Shown one piece after another: positions 39,216 through 52,069 of a stretch of 64,000 nucleotides of DNA. The DNA comes from Octopus bimaculoides (lineage: Eukaryota), in assembly GCF_001194135.2 (NCBI RefSeq), contig NC_068985.1:22238632-22302631 (forward strand), written 5' to 3'. Both the position numbers and the translations under genes were made by a program. Position 1 is the stretch's first letter, and each line of letters begins with the position of its first letter. The notes under the pieces were generated by a model. The model did not search any database. It saw only the letters and a program-made list of their open reading frames with translations, and was not told where the DNA came from.

Positions 39216-39637
39216 CAGGGCCAGATTAAGACCCATCGAGGCCCTAAGCACTTAAAAGATTTTGGTGCCCCCATAAAAAATTACGTAATTCAAAATATAA
39301 ACAATAACAATCTATAAAATGAATTTTTATTTTTCAAAACGAAACAAAACAGTAAGAGGGAAAATAACATTTATTTTTGTATACTTCTACTTTATTTATA
39401 TTTGAAAAGTTTCCTCCTACTTTTTTGAGTTGCAAAGTCTTTGATCAGATCTTCAAAATTAATCTTAGGTAACACATCTGCATCTATACTTAATAGAGAT
39501 AAAGGCATCCCGAATATCATTTTAGCAAGTTTAAAGTGATTTCTTTTGTGCCATAAACTATTTACCATTTCTGTGGTACCCCCTCCTTCTCTTGATGCCT
39601 GAAGCACATATTGTGCTTAATGGTTAATCCAGTGCTG
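39216..39637 (-). mobile_element. Non-autonomous hAT element with a transposase C-terminal remnant
   Basis: Ends cagggccagattaa / ttaatccagtgctg; TSD cacactat / catactat. Minus ORF LSLLSIDADVLPKINFEDLIKDFATQKSRRKLF matches the hAT dimerisation-domain tail. Confidence 0.85.
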
Positions 39638-39973
39638 CATACTATAACCAAATATAGTATGGCTTCGCATAAGTAAGTGGGAAAACATTGATCACCCAGG
39701 TTACCCAAGCAACCAGTTGATAAAAACTCCCATTAAAAGGTATTTAAAATATAAACACAAGCAAGAGTAATCAGCTGATTAAAATTTTTAGGCAATACAG
39801 ATTGGAGCTCATATAGTTTCTAAAGATAACTAGTGAAGGTTGTTCATATGTTTTAGACTTATTAGACCACCTCAGCAGCACACATCTTATTCAGCTGCTA
39901 AGGCTAAGACTGATCAACACACATACATATGCATACATATATATATATAATATACATGCATGTACATATATAA

Positions 39974-40006
<33 letters not shown>

Positions 40007-40999
40007 CATCACCATTTAACATCCATGTCCCATACAGGCAGGGGTTGGATGATTTGACAGGAGCTGGCAAGGGAAAGGACTGCACCTGGCTCTGTCTGTT
40101 TTGGCATGGTTTTTATAGTTAGATGCCTTTCCCTAACACAAACCACTTTACAGAGTAAACTGGGTGCTTTTCACGCAGCACCAGCAAGGTCTGTGTGTGT
40201 GTGTGTACACATATCGATACACACATACATACATCTCATTGTGGAAATGACAAGGTTTCAGGAGTTGTGATGATTTGTTGTACTCAAGAAGACACATCAA
40301 ACTAAGTAAAATCACTGTCATCCTTACATAGAGGCTTGTCCTTAACAGGTGCCAGTGCTGCATAAACACACCTTTGCTGGTAGCACATAAAAATACACCC
40401 AGAACACTCCGTAAAGTGGTTGGCGTTAGGAAGGGCATCCAGTTGTAGAAACCACGTCACAACAGACAATGAGTCTGGACAGCTTTCCAAATGGCCAGCT
40501 GCTGTCAAACTGTCCAATCCATGCCAACATGGAAAATGGACATTAAACAATGATGATATATACATGTATGTATACAATAATCTCTTGCCACATCACAGTT
40601 CACCTATCATGCACTTAGAACATCGTAGTTCAGCTGTTGTGCACTCAGTACATCGCAGATTTTTCTGGCTAATGTATGTAAATTTATATTGTGGACTCCT
40701 CAGTATATTGCGGTTTTCTGCAGCCAATAAGTATTTATATTTTTTCAGATTTTAATTATTTCTGTGGGAGGTTTTGGAACATAACACCTGCGATAGTCAA
40801 AGGATTACTATATATATAAACCAGTGGGATGGCATCATTCAAAAGCTACAACAATACAAGGAGGTGCATTGTGTCCAGCAGTATATAACAATATATGATA
40901 GCCTGGTTGACAGTGATTATATATATCAACCAAAGCAAAAGAAATCCTGATCTCCGTCTTAAGGAGAGTCACTCATACTGAGGATGAAAACAAAAATAT

Positions 41000-41580
41000 A
41001 AATATAAATGTCCAATTTGTAGTCACCCATAATCTTAGTAACCACATCCTACATTCAGCCAAACGATACCTCCCAATTCTACATCAATCATCTAATTTCC
41101 AACAAATGATTTAAAAAACCACAAACCATCAAGAGCAAAAACAACCACCAAATTTCAAGAGACTCCTAATGTGAGATTGACATCAGAGAAAGAAATAATG
41201 CAAGTAACAAACTGTGGAGACACTCATTGAACAAGGAACAAGCAAAAGATTCAAGAATGGGAAGGAATTGAAAATGAATGCAAACATAAATTGCAAACAA
41301 AAAAAATCTCATCTACTGCATCACATGTCCATACTGCAATGAAAATTACATTGGGAAAAAAACAGACAAAACTAACCAGCCGTGTAACTGTGTATAAACA
41401 GCAAATTAAAGATCAATCTCTTAGAAATCTTCCATGTAGTAAACATCTAGATATCTGTGCAAATGGAAAATTTAAAATATTTCCCTTTTACAAAATAAAA
41501 TATGAATTAATCATCAACTATGAAAAGCAAAAGAGCACTTCATAAGAATTCTAAATCCAAAACTAAACCTGAAATAGTCA
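41000..41580 (+). mobile_element. Penelope-like element GIY-YIG endonuclease remnant
   Basis: Frame-shifted TCPYCNENYIG then LTSRVTVYKQQIKD...PCSKHLDICANGKFKIFPFYK...HFIRILNPKLN. Confidence 0.75.
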
Positions 41581-41867
41581 GCACTATTACTAAAAACAAC
41601 TTCCTCTATACTTAGCTCAGAGCATTTGTTTGGTAAGTTGAACAATAAAAGCATTTACACACAATACACAAACTTCTAAAAAGGTTGGTGACATTCTATA
41701 AATTAAAAATGTTTAAATAGTTAACTTTTTAGCAAAATCTTTCTTCAATTATTGTGACTATCAAGTAGTTTTCACAAAAGCTTATATATATNNNNNNNNN
41801 NNNNNNNNNNNNNNNNNNNNNNNNNNNNNNNNNNNNNNNNNNNNNNNNNNNNNNNNNNNNNNNNNNN

Positions 41868-41904
<37 letters not shown>

Positions 41905-42399
41905 CACACACACACACACACATTATTTAATAACAGTTTGACTTAGTTCCATGTAACTTTACGTTTCATAGACTTGTAGAATGAACCAAAGTCATCAGGC
42001 ATCTAGAAGCAGAATAACAGGATACAAGACAAATTCAAGATGGCTTCTAGATGTTAGACCTCTATTGATCAACTCAGATCACATGGTGTTCTTAGTCTGG
42101 AAGTGACATCAATTATCTACGTTGTTCTTAGCCCAGCTGGATGGACAGTATGTAGCTGTCACGACTGTGTCTGGAAGCTGCAGTGTGGTTTTATTTGGCA
42201 ACATCAGTTCGTTGCATTTGCTGCTGCACACACTATCTCCAGACGCCTCACAAATTAGGTTCATTTTACAAGCCAACAAAACCTTAAATTGCAAGGAGCT
42301 GAGTCAAACTTATTAAATAACATAACGCCTACAAATGTGTTGACTGCCACTTCCTTTTAGCTGTCCACTCACTTGTATATGTGTGTGTATATATTTTTT

Positions 42400-42563
42400 T
42401 TCTCCATGTTTTTCTCCTTGTTTTCTCCGTATTCTTTCTGTTGAAGAGCGTAGCTCGAAACGTTAAAGACTTTCTCTATTCCCGAGTGTTAAACTAATAC
42501 ATCCTTTTGTTGTTTACACCACCTGTCCTCGTCTGTTGTTGTTTTTTTCGTAAATTCTCCCAT
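42400..42563 (+). mobile_element. PLE-derived short repeat carrying a hammerhead-like motif
   Basis: Homologous to 17652-17795 and 22659-22763; each copy ends next to a (TA)n tract. Confidence 0.78.
42433..42469 (+). ncRNA. Putative minimal (dimer-type) hammerhead ribozyme with CUGUUGA core
   Basis: tcttt-CTGTTGA-a-GAGC(gta)GCTC-GAAA-CGT-T-aaaga: perfect 5-bp stem I, 4-bp stem II, loopless ACGT stem III. Core position 6 is U instead of A. Activity untested. Confidence 0.55.
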
Positions 42564-43436
42564 ATATATATATATATATATATATTCACACACATATATA
42601 TAGACACATACACGCACACACATATATTAGACACATACGCATTATGTGTATGCGTGCATTGTTCCATTAATTGGTGGGATCAACAAAAGTACTCCATCCA
42701 GTGAGCAATAAATATAATTCGATATACACAGGACTACAAATTGAGCTATTATTGTAAGCATGAAATTTATAATAGCTCAATCTTAAACCTTGTGTATATT
42801 AAATTACACACACACATAAAGAGAGTGAGAGATGGAGTAGGGGTGAAAATACTTTTGGGGAATATTCTGCATTCCCAATACAAATACACTAGTATCTCTT
42901 ATATGCAACATAGTGGGTTGAAAATCTATCAGCCAGCTGATTTTATCTCTTCTTGGTTCCTACTGGTCATTCATTCTCTCCCTCTCTTCTAAATGTGAAT
43001 AACCATGCAGCTTCTCTACAAGAACCTGCTCCTCTCCACATTTTCCTCATACTTTAAACACTCGTCCCCTAGCATAAAGCTTATGCCCTCTCCCTTGGGA
43101 TTTGTAGTCTTGCAAGCTGCATGAAACCTCAAGAGTACAGGTGCACAGTAGCACCCAGTACACACTTTAAAGTGGTTGGTGTTTAGGAAGTGCATCCAGT
43201 CATAAAAACCATACCAAAGCACACACTGGAGTACAATGCTCATCATGAATGCTTAAGATCCTGTCATACCATTCAATCCATCCCAGCATGGAGCATGGAT
43301 GTTAAATGATGATGATCACTTAATACTGTCAGTTAAATAGGATGTTTGCTGATGAAGTCTAATGAGGACAAAATGTCTTACTTCACCAGTTGATTCTAAA
43401 GAGCAGCTCCATTCAAATCTGTATTGTCCATATAGG

Positions 43437-43570
43437 CACTAGCACAGCAAGGGGGCAGTAGGAGCGATACTTTTGGGTCTACTGTAAGCAATTTGTGTTT
43501 TTTCTGTGGGATCCAGGGGCAGCAAACGGAAGGGCTGCCCCGAGTAGAACACACTCTAGCTACGCTAATG
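43437..43570. mobile_element. 134-bp hAT-type MITE
   Basis: Ends cactagcacagc / gctacgctaatg; exact 8-bp TSD catatagg at 43429-43436 and 43571-43578. Confidence 0.82.
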
Positions 43571-43871
43571 CATATAGGCCAAAAAATTTCAATCAACTGA
43601 TCTTAGAATACTTCCCTTGCTTATTTCATTTAGATTTTTGACACATTAAGTTTTTGTCTACTTATATATTCACAGTTAATTGATCTTTTACAGTTCATTA
43701 TATTACATTGAGACCCTATCAAATTTTATAATAAGATTGTGCAACAAAGATCAGATGTGTGGTCAACAAAATAAACATATGTTATATTTGTAGATGTATT
43801 GACTGTTCACATCAAAGGAGTTTTCTTAGAAAGTAGTGATGTAGCTAAAGAGAAGTATAGTGCTATTTCCA

Positions 43872-43913
<42 letters not shown>

Positions 43914-44677
43914 GGTTAAGTAAATAATGCTTAAATCAGATTATTGAAATTGAGGCAGATGCTAAGATCAGTTATGTTGGAGAAAAAACAAAACATCTAA
44001 ATTATGACTGGAGCCCGTAGTGCAGATATCAATGGATGCAGTTGGTGCATGTATGCCGCCACTCCTCTGAAGTGATCCTGGTCTATTTGTGAAAGTTAAG
44101 TGGGTGCTTTAAAACAAGAGTACCTAAATATTAGGAAATCACAACACTAATTAAAATAGATATACTAAAGAGAATATTCTTTGATGGTGTGACTGAAAAA
44201 AGTGAATTTTTAACAAATATAGATAGATTTAGGATATTTATAATATCCATAGGTCAGAGTGAAACTTCAGTGAATCTGATCAGATTTATAGTTTAGAGAC
44301 TTTTATTTAAAAGAAATAGTTGCAGCTAGTCTTTAAGTAATTACTGTCTGTAGGGTATTCTATAGAAACAAGTATAGTTAATATATATTATGGATTGATT
44401 TGCAATATTGATTTTAGAATAATTGCCATAACAATGTAATGATTGGGGAGAAGGGGGTTAAGTAAGATAGGAACTGCTCATTTGTCTTTCCAATAACTAT
44501 AGACATAAAGGCGATTGATACAAAGAGTTTGATATTTCTAAAGATGTTGGCAACACAGTATCTAACCACATACATTTTGATAGAACTGAAGCAAAACTAC
44601 CTCCTCTCTTGATGAACAGATATAAAGTATATAACTGGCTTTAGAGAATAGTTAAGAATTTTTTCTGTAAATATCAC

Positions 44678-44847
44678 TAGAAAGAAAGAGATAGAGAGAT
44701 AGCGATAGAGAGATAGAGACAGAGAGATAGAGACAGAGAGATATAGATATAGAGAGATAGATGGATGGATAGATAGAAATAGATAGAGATAGATAGACAG
44801 AGATATAGAGAGATAGAGGGATAGACAGATAGAGAGATGTGTGTATG

Positions 44848-44878
<31 letters not shown>
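44678..44878. repeat. Degenerate (GA)/(GATA) tract followed by (TA)n
   Basis: Direct reading. Confidence 0.9.
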
Positions 44879-45273
44879 TCTTTTACTCTTTTACTTGTTT
44901 CAGTCATTTGACTGCGGCCATGCTGGAGCACCGCCTTTAGTCGAGCAAATCGATCCCAGGACTTATTCTTTGGAAGCCTAGTACTTATTCTATTGGTCTC
45001 TTTTGCCGAACCGCTAAGTTACGGGGACATAAACACACCAGCATCAGTTGACAAGCGATGTTGGGGGGACAAACACAGACATACAAATACATACACACAT
45101 ACATATATACGACCGGCTTCTTTCAGTTTCCGTCTACCAAATCCACTCACAAGGCTTTGGTCGGCCCGAGGCTATAGTAGAAGACATTTGCCCAAGATGC
45201 CACGCAGTGGGACTGAACCTGGGACCATGTGGTTGGTAAGCAAGCTACTTACCACACAGCCACTCCTACGCCT
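44879..45273 (-). mobile_element. SINE family A, full length, young
   Basis: Minus-strand head aggcgtaggagtggctgtgtggtaagtagc...ggttcagtccc, CpGs largely retained, 3' end gaaacaagtaaaagag. Confidence 0.92.
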
Positions 45274-45659
45274 ATAATCATTAATGATTTTTACTATACA
45301 ATGTCTTGTTTACTACTTTTCAGTTGACTGTGGCAGCATAAACAACTCCCATTTTGAATTGTCCTTGACAGACTTCTTATCATTCCTCTATCAATTTCCT
45401 CATCTTCAAGTGACTAAAAGAGAATTTCCTTTCTTATTAATGCTCATAAGTTCAATTAAACTCAGTCTACCCTGAGAAAATGCATCCAGCATTTTATAAG
45501 TGTAGGTGTGGCTGTGTGGTTGAGAAGATTGCTTTCCAATCATGTGGTCTTGGGTTCAGTCCTACAGTAGCCTCAAGCTGAACAAAGCTTTGTGAGTGGA
45601 TTTGACAGATGTAAACTGAAGGAAGTATATTGTATGTTATATATGTGTGGGTACTCTTC

Positions 45660-45975
45660 ATCATCATCATCATCATCGTTTAACGTCCGCTTTCCATGCT
45701 AGCATGGGTTGGACGATTTGACTGAGGACTGGTGAAACCGGATGGCAACACCAGGCTCCAGTCTAATTTGGCAGAGTTTCTACAGCTGGATGCCCTTCCT
45801 AACGCCAACCACTCCGAGAGTGTAGTGGGTGCTTTTACGTGTCACCCGCATGAAAACGGCCACGCTCGAAATGGTGTCTTTTATGTGCCACCCGCACAAG
45901 CCAGTCCAGGGGCACTGGCAACGATCTCGCTCGAAAATCCTACGGGAGCCAGTCAGGCGGTACTGGCAACGGCCA
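45660..45975 (-). mobile_element. RTE-type LINE 3' UTR fragment, young
   Basis: (CAT)n-cgtttaacgtccgctttccatgctagcatggg...ggatgcccttcctaacgcc plus internal 65-bp-type repeats. Confidence 0.85.
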
Positions 45976-47667
45976 CACTCTTGTCTAGACATTTTGTGAT
46001 AGTTGTAAATGAACATCATACAAGCAAGGTTGTTCATTTCTAGTTGTTTGTGAAAAACATATCTAGCTATGGGAAAATATTACTTTCCTTGGAAATAAGG
46101 TGAGAGCTGGAAATAGGAAAGGCTGCATGCTATACAAAACCTGCCTTAAATTGTCTGACCCATGCAAGCATGGAAAGTGACATTAAATGATGATGACTGT
46201 AAGCTTTGTCTTCACTGTGCAGTCAATAATACTGTGATATGGTTTTAAAAAAATAATCATTTTCCCAAAGAGAAAATAAGTGATTATCAATCAACAAAGT
46301 CTTCTCATTAGATTTTTTGCAAGTGTACACTTTGTAAATATTGCATTACAGAACAAATTGCAACTTCTTTAACTAACCTAAGTAACAGAGTACTGAAAAT
46401 GTTACTACGCATTTTTGATATTTACCATTTAAACTGGCTACATGATAAATATTTTTTTAAATATCATCATCATTTCACCATCCACTTTTCCATGTACACA
46501 TATCTGCTCAATATGTTGGGCAGATTTTCTACAGCCAAATGCCCTATGTATCACCAATCCATATCTGTTTCCAAGTAGGATAACATTTCCCCATAACCAG
46601 ACATATTTTCAAAGATTGGAAATAAAGGACACTGCTTCTATGACAGTTACACACATTTCCAACTATCATCTGATGTCAAAGCAAGGAGGTGGTAACACAC
46701 ACTTTGTACACACAATAGGCTTCTTTCAGTTTCTGTCTACCAGATCCATTCACAAGGCTTTGGTCAGCTCGGAACTATAGTAGAAGACATTTACCCAAGG
46801 TGCCACACCATGGAACTGAACTGAAGCCATGTGGTTGGGAAGCAAATTCTTACCATACAACCATGTCTGCGCTTTTATTTATTCAAAAAACACTGCATGG
46901 TTTATACAAAAATATCTGATAATATAGACAAATGATTCTTTTAAAAATAATCAGCTCTAACTTCACACAGAATTACATAGCTGTAACAAGATGCCTACAT
47001 CCTCTATTCTTGTAGATGCTTATTCTTAAATCTTCACATCAGTTTATCCCAAACAGCCTTCCTATTTCAGTCCTGTTACATATTTCTTTCTAATCACATT
47101 AGAAAAAAAATTACATGAATGCAATTCTAGTTGTTTCTAAATATGTAAACAAAAATAAAATTGTTTTTTAAAAGTTTCATGAACTAGTTTAACATCCTCC
47201 TCCCTAAAATATGTTAAGGGGAAGGATATTTAATTGACAAAACTTGGTGAAGGGAAGTTAAAATAGCCACACGAGATGAAAGTATGAAACAAAATGTGAC
47301 ATTTTGCTAATGTAAAAATCAATATATATTAGAACCCATGATTGACGACATATTGCAACCTTAAGCCCAATTTATCTTAAATAGGATGGTTTGCAGTGAG
47401 GAATGTTTAATTACCATGATTTAGGAGTGGGGGGGGGGGGCATTTAAATAGCTACTCTAGCAAGAAAGGATGTTAAAGAGATCCAGTTTTATCTCCTGAA
47501 CATTATGGAAACATAATGATTTACCAAATCAATTTGAAGACATTTATAGCTACAAATTCTTTACTTATAAGTAAGCTGAAATATGAATACTTCCTTTTCA
47601 GTGTTGATACTTTAAAAAATAGTATAATCAACTTACTTAGAAAAAAATACATTATATTTGCAGTTCT

Positions 47668-47925
47668 TTCCATTTATGCACACACATATGTTTGCATGCC
47701 TTCACAGCAGGGCCTCTTTCAATGGTACAAATATAAGCAGGTTTCTACTACAGATGTCATGAATTACTAGTTAATTTAAAGTACATTGTAGCTCTTTTCA
47801 TTTATGTGCGTCCATATATGTATGCATGCCATGACAGTAGGGCCTCTTTCAATGGTAACAAACATAGGCAAGTTTCTACAACAGATATCATGGATTGCCA
47901 GTTCACATAAAATTCATAGCAATAT
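47668..47925. repeat. Diverged tandem duplication with a period of about 130 bp
   Basis: gcatgcc...agggcctctttcaatggta(a)caaa...gtttctac.acagat.tcatg.att occurs twice in tandem. Confidence 0.85.
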
Positions 47926-48527
47926 CCTTATAGATTCGTTATTGTAGTGGGAAGAAAGCACATGATTGCATTACATGAGAACTATAGCTTGTTTTCTCAT
48001 CAATGTTTTGCTAGTACTTTCTAAATTAACCATGAAATAGTGCTAATGGTAAGTGTGTATGTATATATTTATGCTTATAAAAGTGTTTAAAGAGCTGAAT
48101 TTGAGTTGGATATTATCATTGTTTTAACATCCACTTTCCCATGTTCCCATGGGTCAGATGGAATTTGTTGAGATGATTTTTTTTACAGCCAGATGCCCAT
48201 TCTGTTACCATTTCTCACCTGTTTCTTGGCATATTAATATTCCCTGACAGCAAGACCAGTTTTCATGGAAAATTGGAAACAAAGGACACTGCTTACATGA
48301 TGGTCAAACTTGTTTACAACTGTCAGCATCATATGCACACACACACACACACACTACATTTCTTACAGTTTCCATCAGCCAAATTCACTCACAAGACTTT
48401 GGTTGGCTCAGCACCATAGTAGAAGACACTTGCCCAAAGTGACAAGCATCGGGACTGAACCCAAAGCCATGTGATTGGGAAGCAAACTTCTAACCACACA
48501 GCTATGCCTGAACCAACCATATATATA

Positions 48528-48959
48528 CTCTTTTACTTGTTTCAGTCATTTGACTGTAGCCATGCTGGAGCACCGCCTTTAGTCGAGCAAATCGACCCCA
48601 GGACTTATTTTTTGTAAGCCTAGTACTTATTCTATTGGTCTCTTATGCCGAACCGCTAAGTTACGGGGATGTAAACACACCAACACCAGTTGTCAAGCGA
48701 TGTTGGGGTGACAAATACAGACACACAAACATATACACACATACAGATATGGCCGCAGCTCTAAGCTGAAACTATAAAAAAATTTTAAAAATATACGATG
48801 GGGTTCTTTCAGTTTCCATCTACCAAATCCACTTACAAGGCTTTGGTCGGCCCGAGGCTATAGAAGAAGACACTTGCCCAAGGTGCCACGCAGTGGGACT
48901 GAACCTGGAACTATGTGATTGGTAAGCAAGCTACTTACCACACAGCCACTTCTTCACCT
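48528..48959 (-). mobile_element. SINE family A, full length, with a 41-nt insert
   Basis: Colinear with 44879-45273 except ggccgcagctctaagctgaaactataaaaaaattttaaaaa at 48751-48791. Confidence 0.9.
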
Positions 48960-49379
48960 ATGTCAATTAACAATTGATATGTTTAATTATACAGTGAGAA
49001 TATCACCATCATTTTAACATTCACTTTTCTCTACCTGCATGGGTCAGACAGTTCATTGAGGCAGATATTCAACAGCCCTTCCTGTCACCAAGCAAGGTAG
49101 CTACTCTCCTCGGCCACATTCTTGCAGAATACTGGAAAGGAAAATCCCCACTTGTATGATGATGATATTTACAAGGCTTCCATAGGTCCAAGGCAATGAA
49201 AAAAAAAGACTTGGGACTGGACCCAAAATCATGTGGTTGGGAAATGTTAACAACACAGTCATACCTGCATTTACCGAAATTTGTATACTACAGAAGTCTA
49301 TAAGTACTAGAGTTTATACCACCTTGTTTGTTTTGTTTTATAATGATAGAAAGGAATTATAATTCTTTTGCTGCATCTT

Positions 49380-50400
49380 TTATTTTATGATTGTTCAGGA
49401 GTGAAGGGCTGCATTTATGACCTTTTATTCTTTCAAGGTCTTTGAGAATGCTAAGAGGAAATCATCCTCAAATAGGGAGACCTGGCCCAAATGTTAACAA
49501 TGTAAATTCCACTAAAGGTACCTAAGGATCAGGTAGTCGTGTTAAAGCAGGTGACAGATTAAGTGCTATAAATTGAAATGAAAACTTAGAGTTTGGTCTT
49601 CTTAAAGGCAAGAAATTAAACTTTCAATAAATATTTAAATTACTTCCAGTATAGACTGACTTTGCTGGATTTAGTCTTGTTTATATGAAATTGCAATCTC
49701 CATGAGAGACTATCGTGTTAAATGTAACGCTCCCAGATGGTAATTTTAGCATTGCCCTACAGAGTGATGCAATCTTACAGGTTTATTTCATTTTGTCTTC
49801 AGGATTTCTTCTATGCATCTTCTGAAAAAAAACCAGCTTGTCAAGTCCTCATTAATGGGTGTTTTAGATATTTCCAGTCAGTGCGAAGGCCTGGCAGGCA
49901 GTGACAGGATTGAACAAATCAGTATACAAAACGTGGCGGTGGAGTCTATGATGGTCTCAGTGTAAGAATGTACGTTGTAAATAGGTGGTTAATAGACAAG
50001 TTGAAAAGTGTTAAAATATAACTGAGCACTAAGGTACACCTGGTTTGGTTTAATACATTTGAAGATCACTCCTTAAACACATATTGGTATGCTTCAACTT
50101 ACTAGGCAGCTTTCAGTCCAGTTTGTAAGTAACAAGTGGTAACGGGGAAGTTTGGCATGGACAACCGGCTTTGGGAGAAGATACCTAAGCTTGGTCAAAG
50201 GTTTACCTGATGTCAAGGGCAACAACTTTGCTTTTGCCAAAATTTTCAAGGGCAAGACATCATATCATGGTGTAAAATGGAGAAGAGATGGTCCGTGGTG
50301 GATCTATCTCTTCAGAACCCATAATAGAGATCTTTGCGGTCTAAAATATGATTCAAAGTGGTATAAGAATTAGTTCGCACCGGTTGTGCCTAAAACCTTA
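49380..50400 (-). mobile_element. Degenerate CR1/Jockey-group LINE reverse transcriptase
   Basis: Minus strand YG..RSTTDHL...ENFGKSKVVALDI.K.FD, GVP*.SV..(PTLF), and YIVNIWARS (cf. YCSHIW), in the expected order. Confidence 0.72.
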
Positions 50401-51838
50401 TGAATGACAGATGTAAAAGAAGCCGGTTGTTGGTAGGGTAAGAAGGTTGGCGTTTGTTGAAGACAAATTAAAGACGAATGCGTCCATATATTTGCCTCAT
50501 TTGAAAATATTACCGAAAGAGGATAAAACATATTCTTCACAACAGACATATTCTTATACAGCGATTGATAAGAACACTATATCTAGCATCTATCGGAAAG
50601 TATTCCCTAATTAGCAAAATTATAGCATGATATTACAATAGTAAAGATTAATTACAGATTCCTGAAATTCTACCGGTAATGTTGCAGACTACGGTTGTTT
50701 CCCTCATTTGACAAAACTAAAATATCGGCTTTCCTACGCGTAATTAATGAAAAAAAAAAAAAATCTTCGCAATACTTGATCTTAGCACACAGAAAATAAT
50801 ACCTCAATACACATAGATATACAGATTAGTAGTCACAGCTGTATCTATGAAATGTATGTATGAATGAATGTATGTATGATATCTATGTTTTATTTATGTA
50901 GAGGCAGGCGCTTCTAAATTCTACGATAGCAGAAAATACAAAGAGAAAATTAGATTTCAAACATTACAGATAATTTCTTTTGATAAATAGAAGTAGACGG
51001 GTAAGAAAGAAAAATATGGAAAGCAAAAGAAAAAAAAACTCCTGATACTGAAGGACGGGATTTGGTTCAAAGATATACAAACCATTGAGTATCACCTGCC
51101 GATCGCAGAAAAAAAAATAATAATGCAACAAATTCTAATCATCCAAAACGTCTCTGAAGGCAGCAGCTTCATGTGTTTTATGTTGTGTGCAACGATGTTA
51201 AATGTTGACAGATTAGCAGCATATATCGTGGGTGGGAGACAGAAGAGAAACTAAAGTTAATCTTTTAGTCTTAGAAACAATATATATATATATGTTCGAC
51301 TGACAGAACAACCAGCATCAGTAACGCTGCAGTAATCTATCTAGAATATACGATGGTAGCTGCAATAAAAATCGGTTAAATAGTTGGTCTACTGTGTAAA
51401 TTACAAAAATGCTAAGTACCTAAGTATGTTCAAATAAGTCAATAAATATATGTATAAACAAACAAGTGTAAGGATTATTCGTGTGTGTGTGTGTGTGTGT
51501 GCACCAATGCATATGTAATGTATCGTATATATTGTGTGTGCGATCTGATGAATATTGACGATTAGATTTCTTTTCTCCTCTTCTCCATCTTTTAGATAAG
51601 GGTATATTCATAGGAAAGCGCATATTGAATATCTACAAATTTATGTTGCTTATATCTTTTCAGAAATTTTCACAATTTCTCAACAGCCTTTTTTTTTTTT
51701 TTAATATCATTTTAAATGTTACCATATCGACAAACAAGATAAGTATTTTGTACAGTAAAATGCGTCAATTTATCGCTGCAGATAATCGGGCATTGTCCGC
51801 AAGTTTGCTTTAAGTTTAATAAACCTTAATTTATTAAC

Positions 51839-52024
51839 CATTTCATGAAGAAAGTACAAGAAAACTGTAGCTGCGTGTTTCATGTTGTATAGAAATAGCA
51901 GAAGATCTTCGGCAGCCAGTACTGGATGGCTTCCGAATGTTGTGCGTATGTGTAGTGTCAGACCAACACTGTCAGTCGAAAGAATGTACGCAAAACAAGA
52001 GACAAAAACCTCTCGCTTGATCAT
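51839..52024 (-). CDS. Candidate first coding exon (MIKREVFVSC...FLYFLHEM), product unknown
   Basis: 62-codon ATG ORF ending at ATG|gttaat; it would need a 40-nt intron at 52030-52069. No homology recognised. Confidence 0.2.
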
Positions 52025-52069
52025 CTCAACTATTTTCAAGAAATGCAAGTAAAAAAATTCAAAACATAC

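Noticed and set aside
41940-42000. Minus-strand CTGATGA...GAAACGTA hammerhead-like match
   Set aside because: No stem I pairing, and stem II is out of register.
50152-50373. 73-aa plus-strand ORF MAWTTGFGRR...
   Set aside because: It is the antisense of the degenerate CR1-like reverse transcriptase.
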